From Candidatus Haiyanarchaeum thermophilum (lineage in GTDB: Archaea > Nanobdellota > Nanobdellia > JAPDLS01 > Haiyanarchaeaceae): a stretch of 64,000 nucleotides of DNA. The DNA is taken from assembly GCA_025920425.1 (NCBI GenBank), contig JAPDLS010000001.1, positions 308,484-372,483 of the forward strand, given 5' to 3'. Shown here in pieces: positions 10,649 to 18,863 of this stretch. Position 1 is the stretch's first letter, and every line of letters starts with the position of its first letter. The notes beneath the pieces are model-generated. The model had not been told where the DNA came from and ran no database searches. It saw only the letters and a program-made list of their open reading frames with translations. The translations under genes and the position numbers were made by a program.

Positions 10649-11151
10649 TTACTTGACTGCTCTCCTACTTTAAGAGCTGGTTCCAGCTTGAACTTCAGGA
10701 ACTCTAGATCCTCTAGGAATTTCTCCTCTGAAATTTCTCTGATCACGTAAAAAACCTTATAATTTGGAATCCCGAGTTTCTCAGTGATCCTCTCTATGAA
10801 CTCCTGTAGTTCCTCCATGCTTGGAGCTATGAAGGTGCTGAAGTAATTGAACTCGTCTCCATTGATTTTCTCGAAGGTGTTGGTATAGATGGAATTTGCT
10901 AATAGATTTTCAACCCTTTCCTTATTGGAATTTGCCTTCAAAAGTACCCTTGCTACGATTGGATAGTCGATTGCCCTATAATCCAAGAGACAGGTATATT
11001 TTTTTATCACTCCATTCCTTTGCAGGCGCCTTATCCTATCATAAACGGTACTAATCGGTAAATCCACTTTCCTCGCTATCTTGGTCAGGGAGAGCCTAGA
11101 ATTTTTCCTCAGCAAGGACAATATCTTTATGTCCTTTTCATCTAGGCGCAT
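10645..11151 (-). CDS. Lrp/AsnC family transcriptional regulator
   Basis: LDEKDIKILSLLRKNSRLSLTKIARKVDLPISTVYDRIRRL HTH followed by a RAM-like domain. Confidence 0.92.
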   Translation of the reverse strand: MRLDEKDIKILSLLRKNSRLSLTKIARKVDLPISTVYDRIRRLQRNGVIKKYTCLLDYRAIDYPIVARVLLKANSNKERVENLLANSIYTNTFEKINGDEFNYFSTFIAPSMEELQEFIERITEKLGIPNYKVFYVIREISEEKFLEDLEFLKFKLEPALKVGEQSSN

Positions 11152-11194
11152 AATTTAGGAATGTTTTGGATTAAAAATAGATTTCTTTCAAAGG

Positions 11195-11240
11195 TTCAGA
11201 AATTTGTTTCAAAATTTTTCTGAAACAAAAATTTATATTT
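11195..11240. promoter_or_regulatory. Palindromic operator abutting a TATA box in a divergent promoter
   Basis: TTTGTTTCA-N9-TGAAACAAA (11203-11229), overlapping TTCAGAAA/TTTCTGAA pair, then TTTATA at 11232. Confidence 0.65.
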
Positions 11241-11261
11241 TAGGATTTATTTTGAAAAAAC

Positions 11262-12875
11262 ATGGTGGGGGTGGAGGAAAAAATTCTAGAGCTCTTTAGG
11301 AAGAATACAAGTGCTAAGCTCACTACTTGGCAAATTCTCACTGCAATTGATGAGAAAGCAGCCCAAATTGAGGAAATTTTGAAGAGTCCTCTTTATGGAA
11401 AAACTGAGAAGAAGCTGGCGCTCAGGGAGAAGGCTAAACTTCATAGGAGAGTACTCTATTACCTCAACAAACTAATTCGTTCAAATCTGCTAGCCACTTA
11501 TGGTGAAGTAGGAAAAGGAGAGAAAATATTTGGCTTAAACCTTACCTCTGGAGAGGAAATCACAATAGAAGGAATAAGAAAGATCAAGATTACTATCTCC
11601 AGACCCCCATTCCCCTCTCTTCCTGTTGAGGGCTATGAACAACGTGGTGTGCTTAGGAAGTATGAGGAAGGAACTTGGATAAACAGGGTAAATTCCATTC
11701 TCGTAGAGGGATCAAATCATCCGAAACTTAGCACCCTTTACAATTACATCTCAAATTGCATTTTGTTGGTAAATGATTGCCTCTACATCAGGGATTTTGA
11801 AAGGTTTCTGGAAAAAGAAAAAGATGAAATTTTCAACTTCTTTCGTGAAATTTCAAATCTAATAAATGATTTTGGTAAAAGAATTATATTTTCAATTGAT
11901 TTTTCAAAAATTCAGAAAAAACATGAGAAAAAATTAGAAAATATCGTAAAATATTGTAATTCTCTACAACAAAGACCTAATTTTGTTTTTAAGGTAAATC
12001 CAAATGAAATTTATGAAAAACTTGAGATTTTTTCTAAAATAATAGAAAATTTCTCCTCAAGTGGGGAGCCCCTTACTCTCCAAAATTCCATCTTTAGAGC
12101 TCCATATTTCAGAGGAATTTGTGGAGTATATGGTTTTGATGAGAGCGAATGGGGGGTATATGAAGAATATTCAAAGAAGATGAGTTCTATTGTTTGCTCC
12201 AACTTTACAATAGCTCTGGATATGGCCAAATTTGCCTCGGAATTCAGGTTAAGGGTAAGCTCCCTCGAAGAAGTGGTAAAAAAATGTTGCGAGGCAATGC
12301 TGATCGGAAGCTCCATCCAAAGAGAAAAGATCCAAGAATATTTCAAATTTCTCCTAAACACTAATAAGGAATGTCTGGGCTTTGTATTCGGATTTTCCAG
12401 AAATTATCTGAGGATCTGGAATTATGAATGGTTAAGGAAGAGGTTTGATGATGAGGTGATGCTCAGCGTACTCGAGAGGATCAGAAAATGCCTCAATAAT
12501 TTCTGTTCCATAGAGGAAACTATCTACAAGGCATGCGGCATGCCGATAAGGTTTAGGGTAGTGTTGGCTCAAGCCATCTATGAATATTATAGGAAATTTT
12601 TTACTGAGCCTGAGTGGGAAAGAATAGAGCTTAGACATCTTGGGGATTTATATGAAAGTCCTTCTATCAAATCCAAGTTAGTATTAGCTGAAAAAGTAGG
12701 GAGGATGCTAAATGGAGGGGCTATTCTAGAACTCTATAAACTTGGAAAGCTCAATTTGGATGAAGCTTGTAGAGAGCTTAGCTACGTGCTCACCACTTAT
12801 AGGTTCCCCATAATCTATCTCGATTTCTCTGGTGTACTTAGGAGAGATCTAAAGCTCTTAGAATTTCTAAGATGA
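11262..12875 (+). CDS. Winged-HTH fused to a putative degenerate class III ribonucleotide reductase (NrdD)-like barrel
   Basis: N-terminal wHTH (LHRRVLYYLNKLIRSNLL...GKGEKIF). The C-terminal part follows NrdD motif order by eye (e.g. KLVLAEKVGRMLNGGAILEL). No CxxC ribbon or RxxGY glycyl loop. Confidence 0.6.
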   Translation: MVGVEEKILELFRKNTSAKLTTWQILTAIDEKAAQIEEILKSPLYGKTEKKLALREKAKLHRRVLYYLNKLIRSNLLATYGEVGKGEKIFGLNLTSGEEITIEGIRKIKITISRPPFPSLPVEGYEQRGVLRKYEEGTWINRVNSILVEGSNHPKLSTLYNYISNCILLVNDCLYIRDFERFLEKEKDEIFNFFREISNLINDFGKRIIFSIDFSKIQKKHEKKLENIVKYCNSLQQRPNFVFKVNPNEIYEKLEIFSKIIENFSSSGEPLTLQNSIFRAPYFRGICGVYGFDESEWGVYEEYSKKMSSIVCSNFTIALDMAKFASEFRLRVSSLEEVVKKCCEAMLIGSSIQREKIQEYFKFLLNTNKECLGFVFGFSRNYLRIWNYEWLRKRFDDEVMLSVLERIRKCLNNFCSIEETIYKACGMPIRFRVVLAQAIYEYYRKFFTEPEWERIELRHLGDLYESPSIKSKLVLAEKVGRMLNGGAILELYKLGKLNLDEACRELSYVLTTYRFPIIYLDFSGVLRRDLKLLEFLR

Positions 12876-13525
12876 AGTACATAATTGCCTCGGATGCAGC
12901 TGAAGCTTGGAAGTTGGCATTGAAATTAGTACTGGAGAATGGAAAGGATTTCGTAGATTATGATGGGAGGATATGTAGAGAAGTGCTAAATATGGGGATT
13001 GAGATAAGGAATCCTAAGGATAGTATAGCTAAGCCCATTGGAATTCTCTCCAACTTAGGAATTGGAGCCTATCCTTTAATAGATGAAGTAATCGAAACTC
13101 TATTCAGAAAGGATAATCCTGGTGTCTATGATTATTGCTATGGCCCAAGGATTTTTAATTATCATGGTGTAGACCAGATTCACAACTATATAATTCCTCT
13201 CCTTAAGACGAATCCAAACTCTAGGAGGGCAGTAATTTCCCTCTGGGATCCTACTGAGGATTCAAAGGTAGATAGAAGAAATGTAGTAAGCTGGATGGTG
13301 AGTGATTTCAAGATAAGGGAAAATAAACTAAATCTCACGTTCTACGGAAGGAGCATAGATCTCTTTATAGGCTGGCCCGTGAATGTATATCAGCAGTATA
13401 TCTTGATGGAAAAAGTTGCGAGGGAAGTAAATGTGGGAATAGGAAGCCTTACTACGATGATCTCAAGTGCCCACATTTTCCTAGAATATGGAGATAAGAT
13501 AAATAGAGTGCTTAGAATGAGATGA
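12872..13525 (+). CDS. Thymidylate synthase (ThyA)-like protein lacking the catalytic Cys
   Basis: YCYGPRI, SRRAVISLWDP, RSIDLFIGWPVN and SAHIF present; the PC motif reads VS. Confidence 0.85.
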   Translation: MKYIIASDAAEAWKLALKLVLENGKDFVDYDGRICREVLNMGIEIRNPKDSIAKPIGILSNLGIGAYPLIDEVIETLFRKDNPGVYDYCYGPRIFNYHGVDQIHNYIIPLLKTNPNSRRAVISLWDPTEDSKVDRRNVVSWMVSDFKIRENKLNLTFYGRSIDLFIGWPVNVYQQYILMEKVAREVNVGIGSLTTMISSAHIFLEYGDKINRVLRMR

Positions 13526-14524
13526 TCAAAGCCTTATCTTAAATCCCTTACTCAGCGCATATTCTACTACCTCCCTGTATTCATCGAACCTCAGAAATCT
13601 ACTGATCTCCTTATGCTTCATAGCTTTATATTCAGGCCTATATTGATCCATGAGATTCAAATATACATCTGTTCCAAGCTGCTTCTCTATCCAATCTATC
13701 ACCGGTTTTGAGCAGCAAACTATGTGATTTGGGAGGATCAAATGTCTTATTATCAGTTCGCATTGTTTCGCAGCTAGCAAGTGGTTTCTACTCACTACCT
13801 CCATATATTTTGGTACATTGCTTAACCTCAGAGCACATTCATCATTTCCATACTTGAAATCTGTAAGGTAAATATCTATTACTCCATCCAAGATCTGCAT
13901 GAGCTCCCTACTCATGTACATATTTGAATTCCATACTATTGGTATATTCGCCTTAAGCTCCCTCAGTACCTCCAAGATATATGCTGCATTTGGGGTTGGC
14001 TCCCCTCCTACTAGATTCAAGTTTCTAGAACCTCCTTTGAATCTAAACTCGATTATCCTTGATAGCTCTACAGGTTCAATTATTGCTCCATTTTCAGGAT
14101 ACTGGGAAATGTCCCAATTCTGGCAAAAGACACAGTTGAAATTGCATCCTGCGAAGAAAATCGTATGGCTAGGCACAAGTTCTGGCTCCTCTCCAAAGTG
14201 TAGGAACTCGCTTGCTACTCTAGCTTCCCTGACCCTGCAGAACCCTATTTCTCCCTCCCCTCTATTTACTCCACATCTGCGCTCACACAAATTGCAGCTT
14301 TTGCTATAGTCTTGAAGAATTGAGAGCTTAAGATCTAAGAGATTTGGTTTAGCCTCACAATCCTCTACTTTTTCCCTCCTCTCTCTCAACTCCTCCATTT
14401 TTTCGGCATGAATCTCAAGTTTTTCATCTAAGGAAGATGGAATTCTATCCACTTGAATTCTCTTAGCTATTTGAAAATTTGGTAAGACTTCTCCTCTCAA
14501 GATCTTGAAGTATCTCTCCAGCAT
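13526..14524 (-). CDS. PflX-like radical SAM protein
   Basis: CNLCERRCGVNR, HFGEEPELVPS, CNFNCVFCQNWDIS, GGEPT. Confidence 0.9.
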   Translation of the reverse strand: MLERYFKILRGEVLPNFQIAKRIQVDRIPSSLDEKLEIHAEKMEELRERREKVEDCEAKPNLLDLKLSILQDYSKSCNLCERRCGVNRGEGEIGFCRVREARVASEFLHFGEEPELVPSHTIFFAGCNFNCVFCQNWDISQYPENGAIIEPVELSRIIEFRFKGGSRNLNLVGGEPTPNAAYILEVLRELKANIPIVWNSNMYMSRELMQILDGVIDIYLTDFKYGNDECALRLSNVPKYMEVVSRNHLLAAKQCELIIRHLILPNHIVCCSKPVIDWIEKQLGTDVYLNLMDQYRPEYKAMKHKEISRFLRFDEYREVVEYALSKGFKIRL

Positions 14525-14552
14525 ATCTTTGAAAAAGCTTATAATTTAAAAA

Positions 14553-14753
14553 ATGCTTTCCATGCTCATGATCGAGCAACTTAGTAGTTTTGTGACTGCT
14601 CTCTATGGACTGTTACTCATACTAGTAATAGGAATGTTCCTCTTCAGGCTTCTGCCTATTGAGCTCCTTGCCGCCCTTCTAGGAGTACTATCTATTTCAT
14701 TCCCCATCTTAATGCTTCTCATTTCAGCACATCCTAGATTTCTGAAGCGCTAG
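14553..14753 (+). CDS. Small membrane protein
   Basis: 66-aa hydrophobic ORF filling the gap between two minus-strand genes. Confidence 0.5.
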   Translation: MLSMLMIEQLSSFVTALYGLLLILVIGMFLFRLLPIELLAALLGVLSISFPILMLLISAHPRFLKR

Positions 14754-15931
14754 CTGATTATCTTCACTACATCCAAGTGCCTTAACTTGTATTCTTTACC
14801 TAGAAGCTTGGAACTTCTACAGTCTACTGCCCTTACGAACCTTTCTCCTATCATACTATGGATCTTATATGCTAAGTCCAATATCGTCGTCCCATTTGGC
14901 ATCACGATCGCATCTGGAAGCACATTCCCTTTGGTATCGGTAAGCTTATGTTCATCTGCGACAGGGAATACTACCACACATTTAAGCAAGCCTAATACAG
15001 CTTCGTTCAAAACTTCTTGGACTCCAGTACTTCCAAAGCGCTTGAGGATCTTAGAATCTATCAGCTCAAGAGCTCTAGCTTGGGCTTCATCTACCTTTAT
15101 CACCTCAAAATGATCATCCCCTGGAATGTACTTGATCATCCCCTTCCTAGCAGCCTGTCTAAGGGCAAGTTCAGCCTCAGCGCAGCATGGAATAACCCTC
15201 AATTCAGGGAACTCCTTTTTAAGTCTCTCTAAGTTTTGAGTAGCTCCAGGAAGATCTATCTTGTTTGCCGCTATTATCATTGGCTTTGCCAACTTCCTCA
15301 GATTCTTAAGGAATTTCCTCAACTCTTCCTCTCCCCAATCCTTAGGATCCATCTCATCCAATCCGCAGGAGTGTAGGGTAGCAGTAATATGGTCTAGGCT
15401 TATTCCAAGTCCGCTCAACTGCCTAGCGAGATTCTTCGCAAATTCCTCTCCCTTGATGGAACTTACCCTTACTATTCTATCAAAATGTTGGCTTACTATG
15501 GAGAATATCCATTCATCCAACTCCTGCTCCACGAATCTTACATCATTACATGGGTCATATCCTGTTGTGGGATTCCCATTTTCATCGGTAGTGCCAGAGA
15601 TATCTACCACATGGATCAAGCAGTCAGCCTGCCTCAGATCATCCAAAAACTTATTCCCGAGCCCCCTTCCGAGATGGGCTCCTGGAACTAAGCCAGCTAC
15701 ATCGAGTATTTCCACAGGAGCAAATCTATTCCCATCTATGCAGAAGGAATTTACTGGATTGCACTTTAGCTTAAACTCCGTGCAGGGACATCTTACCCTC
15801 ACATAGGCTATTCCCCTATTCGGTTTTATTGTAGTAAATGGTCTTGGAGAAATCTCAACCTCAGCCAATGTAAGTGCCTTGAAGAGGGTGGACTTACCAA
15901 CATTGGTTTTGCCTATCACCCCTATGAGCAT
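14750..15931 (-). CDS. ychF: Obg-family YchF-like translation-associated ATPase/GTPase
   Basis: GKTNVGKST, PFTTI, DVAGLVPGAHLGRGLGNKFL, NKID, C-terminal TGS domain. Confidence 0.93.
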   Translation of the reverse strand: MLIGVIGKTNVGKSTLFKALTLAEVEISPRPFTTIKPNRGIAYVRVRCPCTEFKLKCNPVNSFCIDGNRFAPVEILDVAGLVPGAHLGRGLGNKFLDDLRQADCLIHVVDISGTTDENGNPTTGYDPCNDVRFVEQELDEWIFSIVSQHFDRIVRVSSIKGEEFAKNLARQLSGLGISLDHITATLHSCGLDEMDPKDWGEEELRKFLKNLRKLAKPMIIAANKIDLPGATQNLERLKKEFPELRVIPCCAEAELALRQAARKGMIKYIPGDDHFEVIKVDEAQARALELIDSKILKRFGSTGVQEVLNEAVLGLLKCVVVFPVADEHKLTDTKGNVLPDAIVMPNGTTILDLAYKIHSMIGERFVRAVDCRSSKLLGKEYKLRHLDVVKIIS

Positions 15932-16013
15932 TCAAAGAAAAAGAATGCCCTAAATAAAGCTTTTTACGGAAAATTTATTTAAAGAACTAATCTCACATGA
16001 GATAACTAGTTAT

Positions 16014-16754
16014 ATGATCAGCTTCATCGTTCCGACCCTCCCGGATGAACCGTATCTCAAGCATACCTTAAATTCTATACTTGAGGAGATAGATCGTAAT
16101 CCTCTAGAGAATATGGAAGTAATTGTCGTTGGAAAGGATAACGAAAGCAGAAACTTGGCCAAGCTTATGGAACAACTAAGCTCTCCATACATCAGGTATT
16201 TCGATATTGATGGAAACCGATCAGAAGCGAGAAATTTCGGAATCCGAATGGCTAGGAACAATTTTCTTACCTTCGTGGATGCTGACACCATAATAGGAAG
16301 GAATTTCATCCCAATAACGCTGGATGACTTTAGATCCAACTATGCCTATATCCTTTATTCCACCCTCCCTTTAGAGCAAAGTTACTTAGGCTTCATTGGC
16401 ACTAAGTTCATAGATGTGAATGCTTACCTCATCCAGATGATTAGAAAGCATAGATTTCCAGGTTACTGCTGCTCATTGAGAAAAGATATCCTAGAGAAAG
16501 TAAAGGTAGGAAATGAGTATTTCTTGAAGAGGATGGCAGGGCATGGTGAGGATAGTGAACTAGCAAGCAGATATGGTAAATTCTGTCGCTCGTATGGATT
16601 ACGGGGAAGATTTGAGAGAAGAGTAAAGGTATACACTTCAGTTCGTGAACTGAAGAGAGCTGGAGTAGGAAAGGCTCTTGCTCGATTGGCTGTTGATACC
16701 ACTTTAGGAGTTGTCTGGAAAAGGCCTGTCCTGCGCAACTGGAGAGAACTCTAG
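16014..16754 (+). CDS. Glycosyltransferase family 2
   Basis: ISFIVPT, ARNFG, FVDADT, GED. Confidence 0.85.
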   Translation: MISFIVPTLPDEPYLKHTLNSILEEIDRNPLENMEVIVVGKDNESRNLAKLMEQLSSPYIRYFDIDGNRSEARNFGIRMARNNFLTFVDADTIIGRNFIPITLDDFRSNYAYILYSTLPLEQSYLGFIGTKFIDVNAYLIQMIRKHRFPGYCCSLRKDILEKVKVGNEYFLKRMAGHGEDSELASRYGKFCRSYGLRGRFERRVKVYTSVRELKRAGVGKALARLAVDTTLGVVWKRPVLRNWREL

Positions 16755-16811
16755 CGAAAGCTTTTTAAATAAAAATTTGCTTAGAGATTAAGCGAAATCT
16801 TTAAAAAACTT

Positions 16812-17750
16812 GTGGTTAAGATGGGGAAAAAGGATTCAAAGATGAAGTGCCCAGAATGTGGATCTACTAGGATCATAGAGGACCCTCATAGGGGAGAATT
16901 ACTCTGCGGAAGGTGTGGCTATATCCTAGAGATGAAAGTGGATTTCTCCCAGGATTGGAGAGAATTTGACCAGAGGCTTTCTGCTGAGAAGAGAAGGGCA
17001 GGAGCTCCCCTTACTTACACCAAACCAGATATGGGCCTCAGCACTAAAGTCGGAAAGGCCTCTGAGATAGAGAAGATACAGAAGAGGAGAGGAGTGTACA
17101 AGAGAATTGAGAAATGGCAAAGTAGAATTTATACTGCTCTAGAGAGGAATCTGAAGTTGAGTACAGCAGAGCTGAGGAGGGCTGCCAGCATTCTATCCCT
17201 CCCCAAATCTGTGGAAGAGGAGGCCGGTAAGATCTACAGGAGTGCTGCAAGTAAGGGCTTAGTGAGGGGGAGAAGTATGGAAAGTGTAGTAGCTGGCTCT
17301 ATCTACGCTGCATGCCGCATCTGTGGAGTACCTAGGACCTTGGAGGAAATTGGAAAGGCCTTTCCAAGCTTAGATAAGAAAGATATAGGAAAAACCTATC
17401 GCTTCGTATGCAGAGAGCTTGGAATAAGGATCCTCCCCACCTCTCCAGTGGATTACATAAATAGATTTGCTGCTGAGCTCAAATTGAGTCAGAGGACAGT
17501 AAGTAAGGCTCTGGAGATCCTAGATAAGGCTACAAAGCGTGAGATCACCTCAGGAAGAGGCCCAATGGGTGTAGCAGCGGCTACCTTGTATGTAGCTAGT
17601 TTGATCTGTGGGGAAAAGAGAACACAGCGCGAGGTAGCAGACGTAGCTGGGGTTACAGAAGTTACTATTAGGAACAGATACAAGGAACTCATTGAAAAGC
17701 TTAACTTGGAAGAGGAAATCAAGAAGTCTAAGGAAAAAATTGCTCAGTAA
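16812..17750 (+). CDS. tfb: Transcription initiation factor IIB
   Basis: CPECG..CGRCG zinc ribbon, EWR-like B-reader, cyclin repeats, VTEVTIRNRYKEL. Confidence 0.97.
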   Translation: MVKMGKKDSKMKCPECGSTRIIEDPHRGELLCGRCGYILEMKVDFSQDWREFDQRLSAEKRRAGAPLTYTKPDMGLSTKVGKASEIEKIQKRRGVYKRIEKWQSRIYTALERNLKLSTAELRRAASILSLPKSVEEEAGKIYRSAASKGLVRGRSMESVVAGSIYAACRICGVPRTLEEIGKAFPSLDKKDIGKTYRFVCRELGIRILPTSPVDYINRFAAELKLSQRTVSKALEILDKATKREITSGRGPMGVAAATLYVASLICGEKRTQREVADVAGVTEVTIRNRYKELIEKLNLEEEIKKSKEKIAQ

Positions 17751-18855
17751 TTCTTTTTATTTCTAAATTTGTTCTGAATCCTTTTGGTGAAAAGATCGTT
17801 CTGGAAGCCTCTCCTATTTCCTTCAACCTCCCTACAAGTTCCTCCACTTTTGGTTCCATCAATTTGAATTTGCTGGAAAATTCGGTGGTGATATAGTGAT
17901 ATGGAATCTTTACATTTGTTTCCTCAGCAGCGATCTCTAGCAATTTCTTAATCCTCAGGTCCTCTGTATTTCTTAACATTTTTGAGATGACCATTGGGTT
18001 TAATATCTCTCCTAGGAAGATGGGTCCTATTACCTTATTTGCAGCACCACACTCACATCTCTCTTCATATTTGAATCCATACCACACTTTCCTTTGCAGA
18101 CAATTTTCACAATAAGTGAGGAAACCACATTGCTCCAGTAACCTCAAGGCTTTTTGCGCTCCAAGTTCCTTCTGAAAATAGATCCTCAGATAATGTTTCT
18201 CTGCATGGGCAAAGATAGGATACATAGCGAACTCATGCTGAGCTCCCACTTCGATGATGCGTTTGCATAGAATTCTCACCCCAACTTCTCTCATGAATGG
18301 AGTTTTCTCTGTTAAGGAAAAATAACCCTTCAGGCAAGCTTTCTTACGTACTCCATAGAGTACTGGAGTATCAGTAGCTGTTACTGCTAGGATTCCTCTC
18401 CTCCTTATCTTTAGCATCGAAGCCTCCAAGAAAGGATTTGGAGAGCCAAAGGGATCAACATCTATGTAATCGAAATACTCATTTAAAGAGTGCAGGAGTT
18501 TATTAGCTTCTTCATTTAGGAGTTTGACCTCACACCTAAGCTTCTGCTTATTCCTCTTCCAGTTTTTGACCATCCATTCATATGCTCTCTTGCTTCCATC
18601 ATTGAGATAAATCCTCTCTATGCCATCCACTTCACACCCAAACCTTAATCCTCTCACTCCACTGGCAGCTAGGAGATCTAATACCACTATCTTTCTAGGG
18701 ATAATTTCAGCTAGTGCTCTTAGAAAGATTACTGAGATGTCTCTATCCAGCCGTTTCATAGGATTGTAGAAGACCTCCATTTTCTTTGGGGACCTCTGGA
18801 ATGTCCTTGGAAGAATAAGTTCAACCTCCCCCTCTCTTACATGGATTTCCTCCAT
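17728..18855 (-). CDS. trm1: tRNA (guanine-26-N2)-dimethyltransferase
   Basis: VFYNPM..DRD, ASGVRGLR, IDVDPFGSP, VTATD, zinc ribbon. Confidence 0.95.
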   Translation of the reverse strand: MEEIHVREGEVELILPRTFQRSPKKMEVFYNPMKRLDRDISVIFLRALAEIIPRKIVVLDLLAASGVRGLRFGCEVDGIERIYLNDGSKRAYEWMVKNWKRNKQKLRCEVKLLNEEANKLLHSLNEYFDYIDVDPFGSPNPFLEASMLKIRRRGILAVTATDTPVLYGVRKKACLKGYFSLTEKTPFMREVGVRILCKRIIEVGAQHEFAMYPIFAHAEKHYLRIYFQKELGAQKALRLLEQCGFLTYCENCLQRKVWYGFKYEERCECGAANKVIGPIFLGEILNPMVISKMLRNTEDLRIKKLLEIAAEETNVKIPYHYITTEFSSKFKLMEPKVEELVGRLKEIGEASRTIFSPKGFRTNLEIKRITEQFFP

Positions 18856-18863
18856 AGACCAGA

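Noticed and set aside
13526-14524. PflX radical SAM as activase for the NrdD-like protein
   Set aside because: It is convergent rather than co-operonic, PflX is a widespread stand-alone family, and the NrdD-like protein has no glycyl-radical loop to activate. Adjacency is worth one synteny check only
15261-15806. Long antisense ORFs (also 38359-38850, 13899-14309 and others)
   Set aside because: Shadow frames opposite well-supported genes, with S/F/L-rich antisense composition
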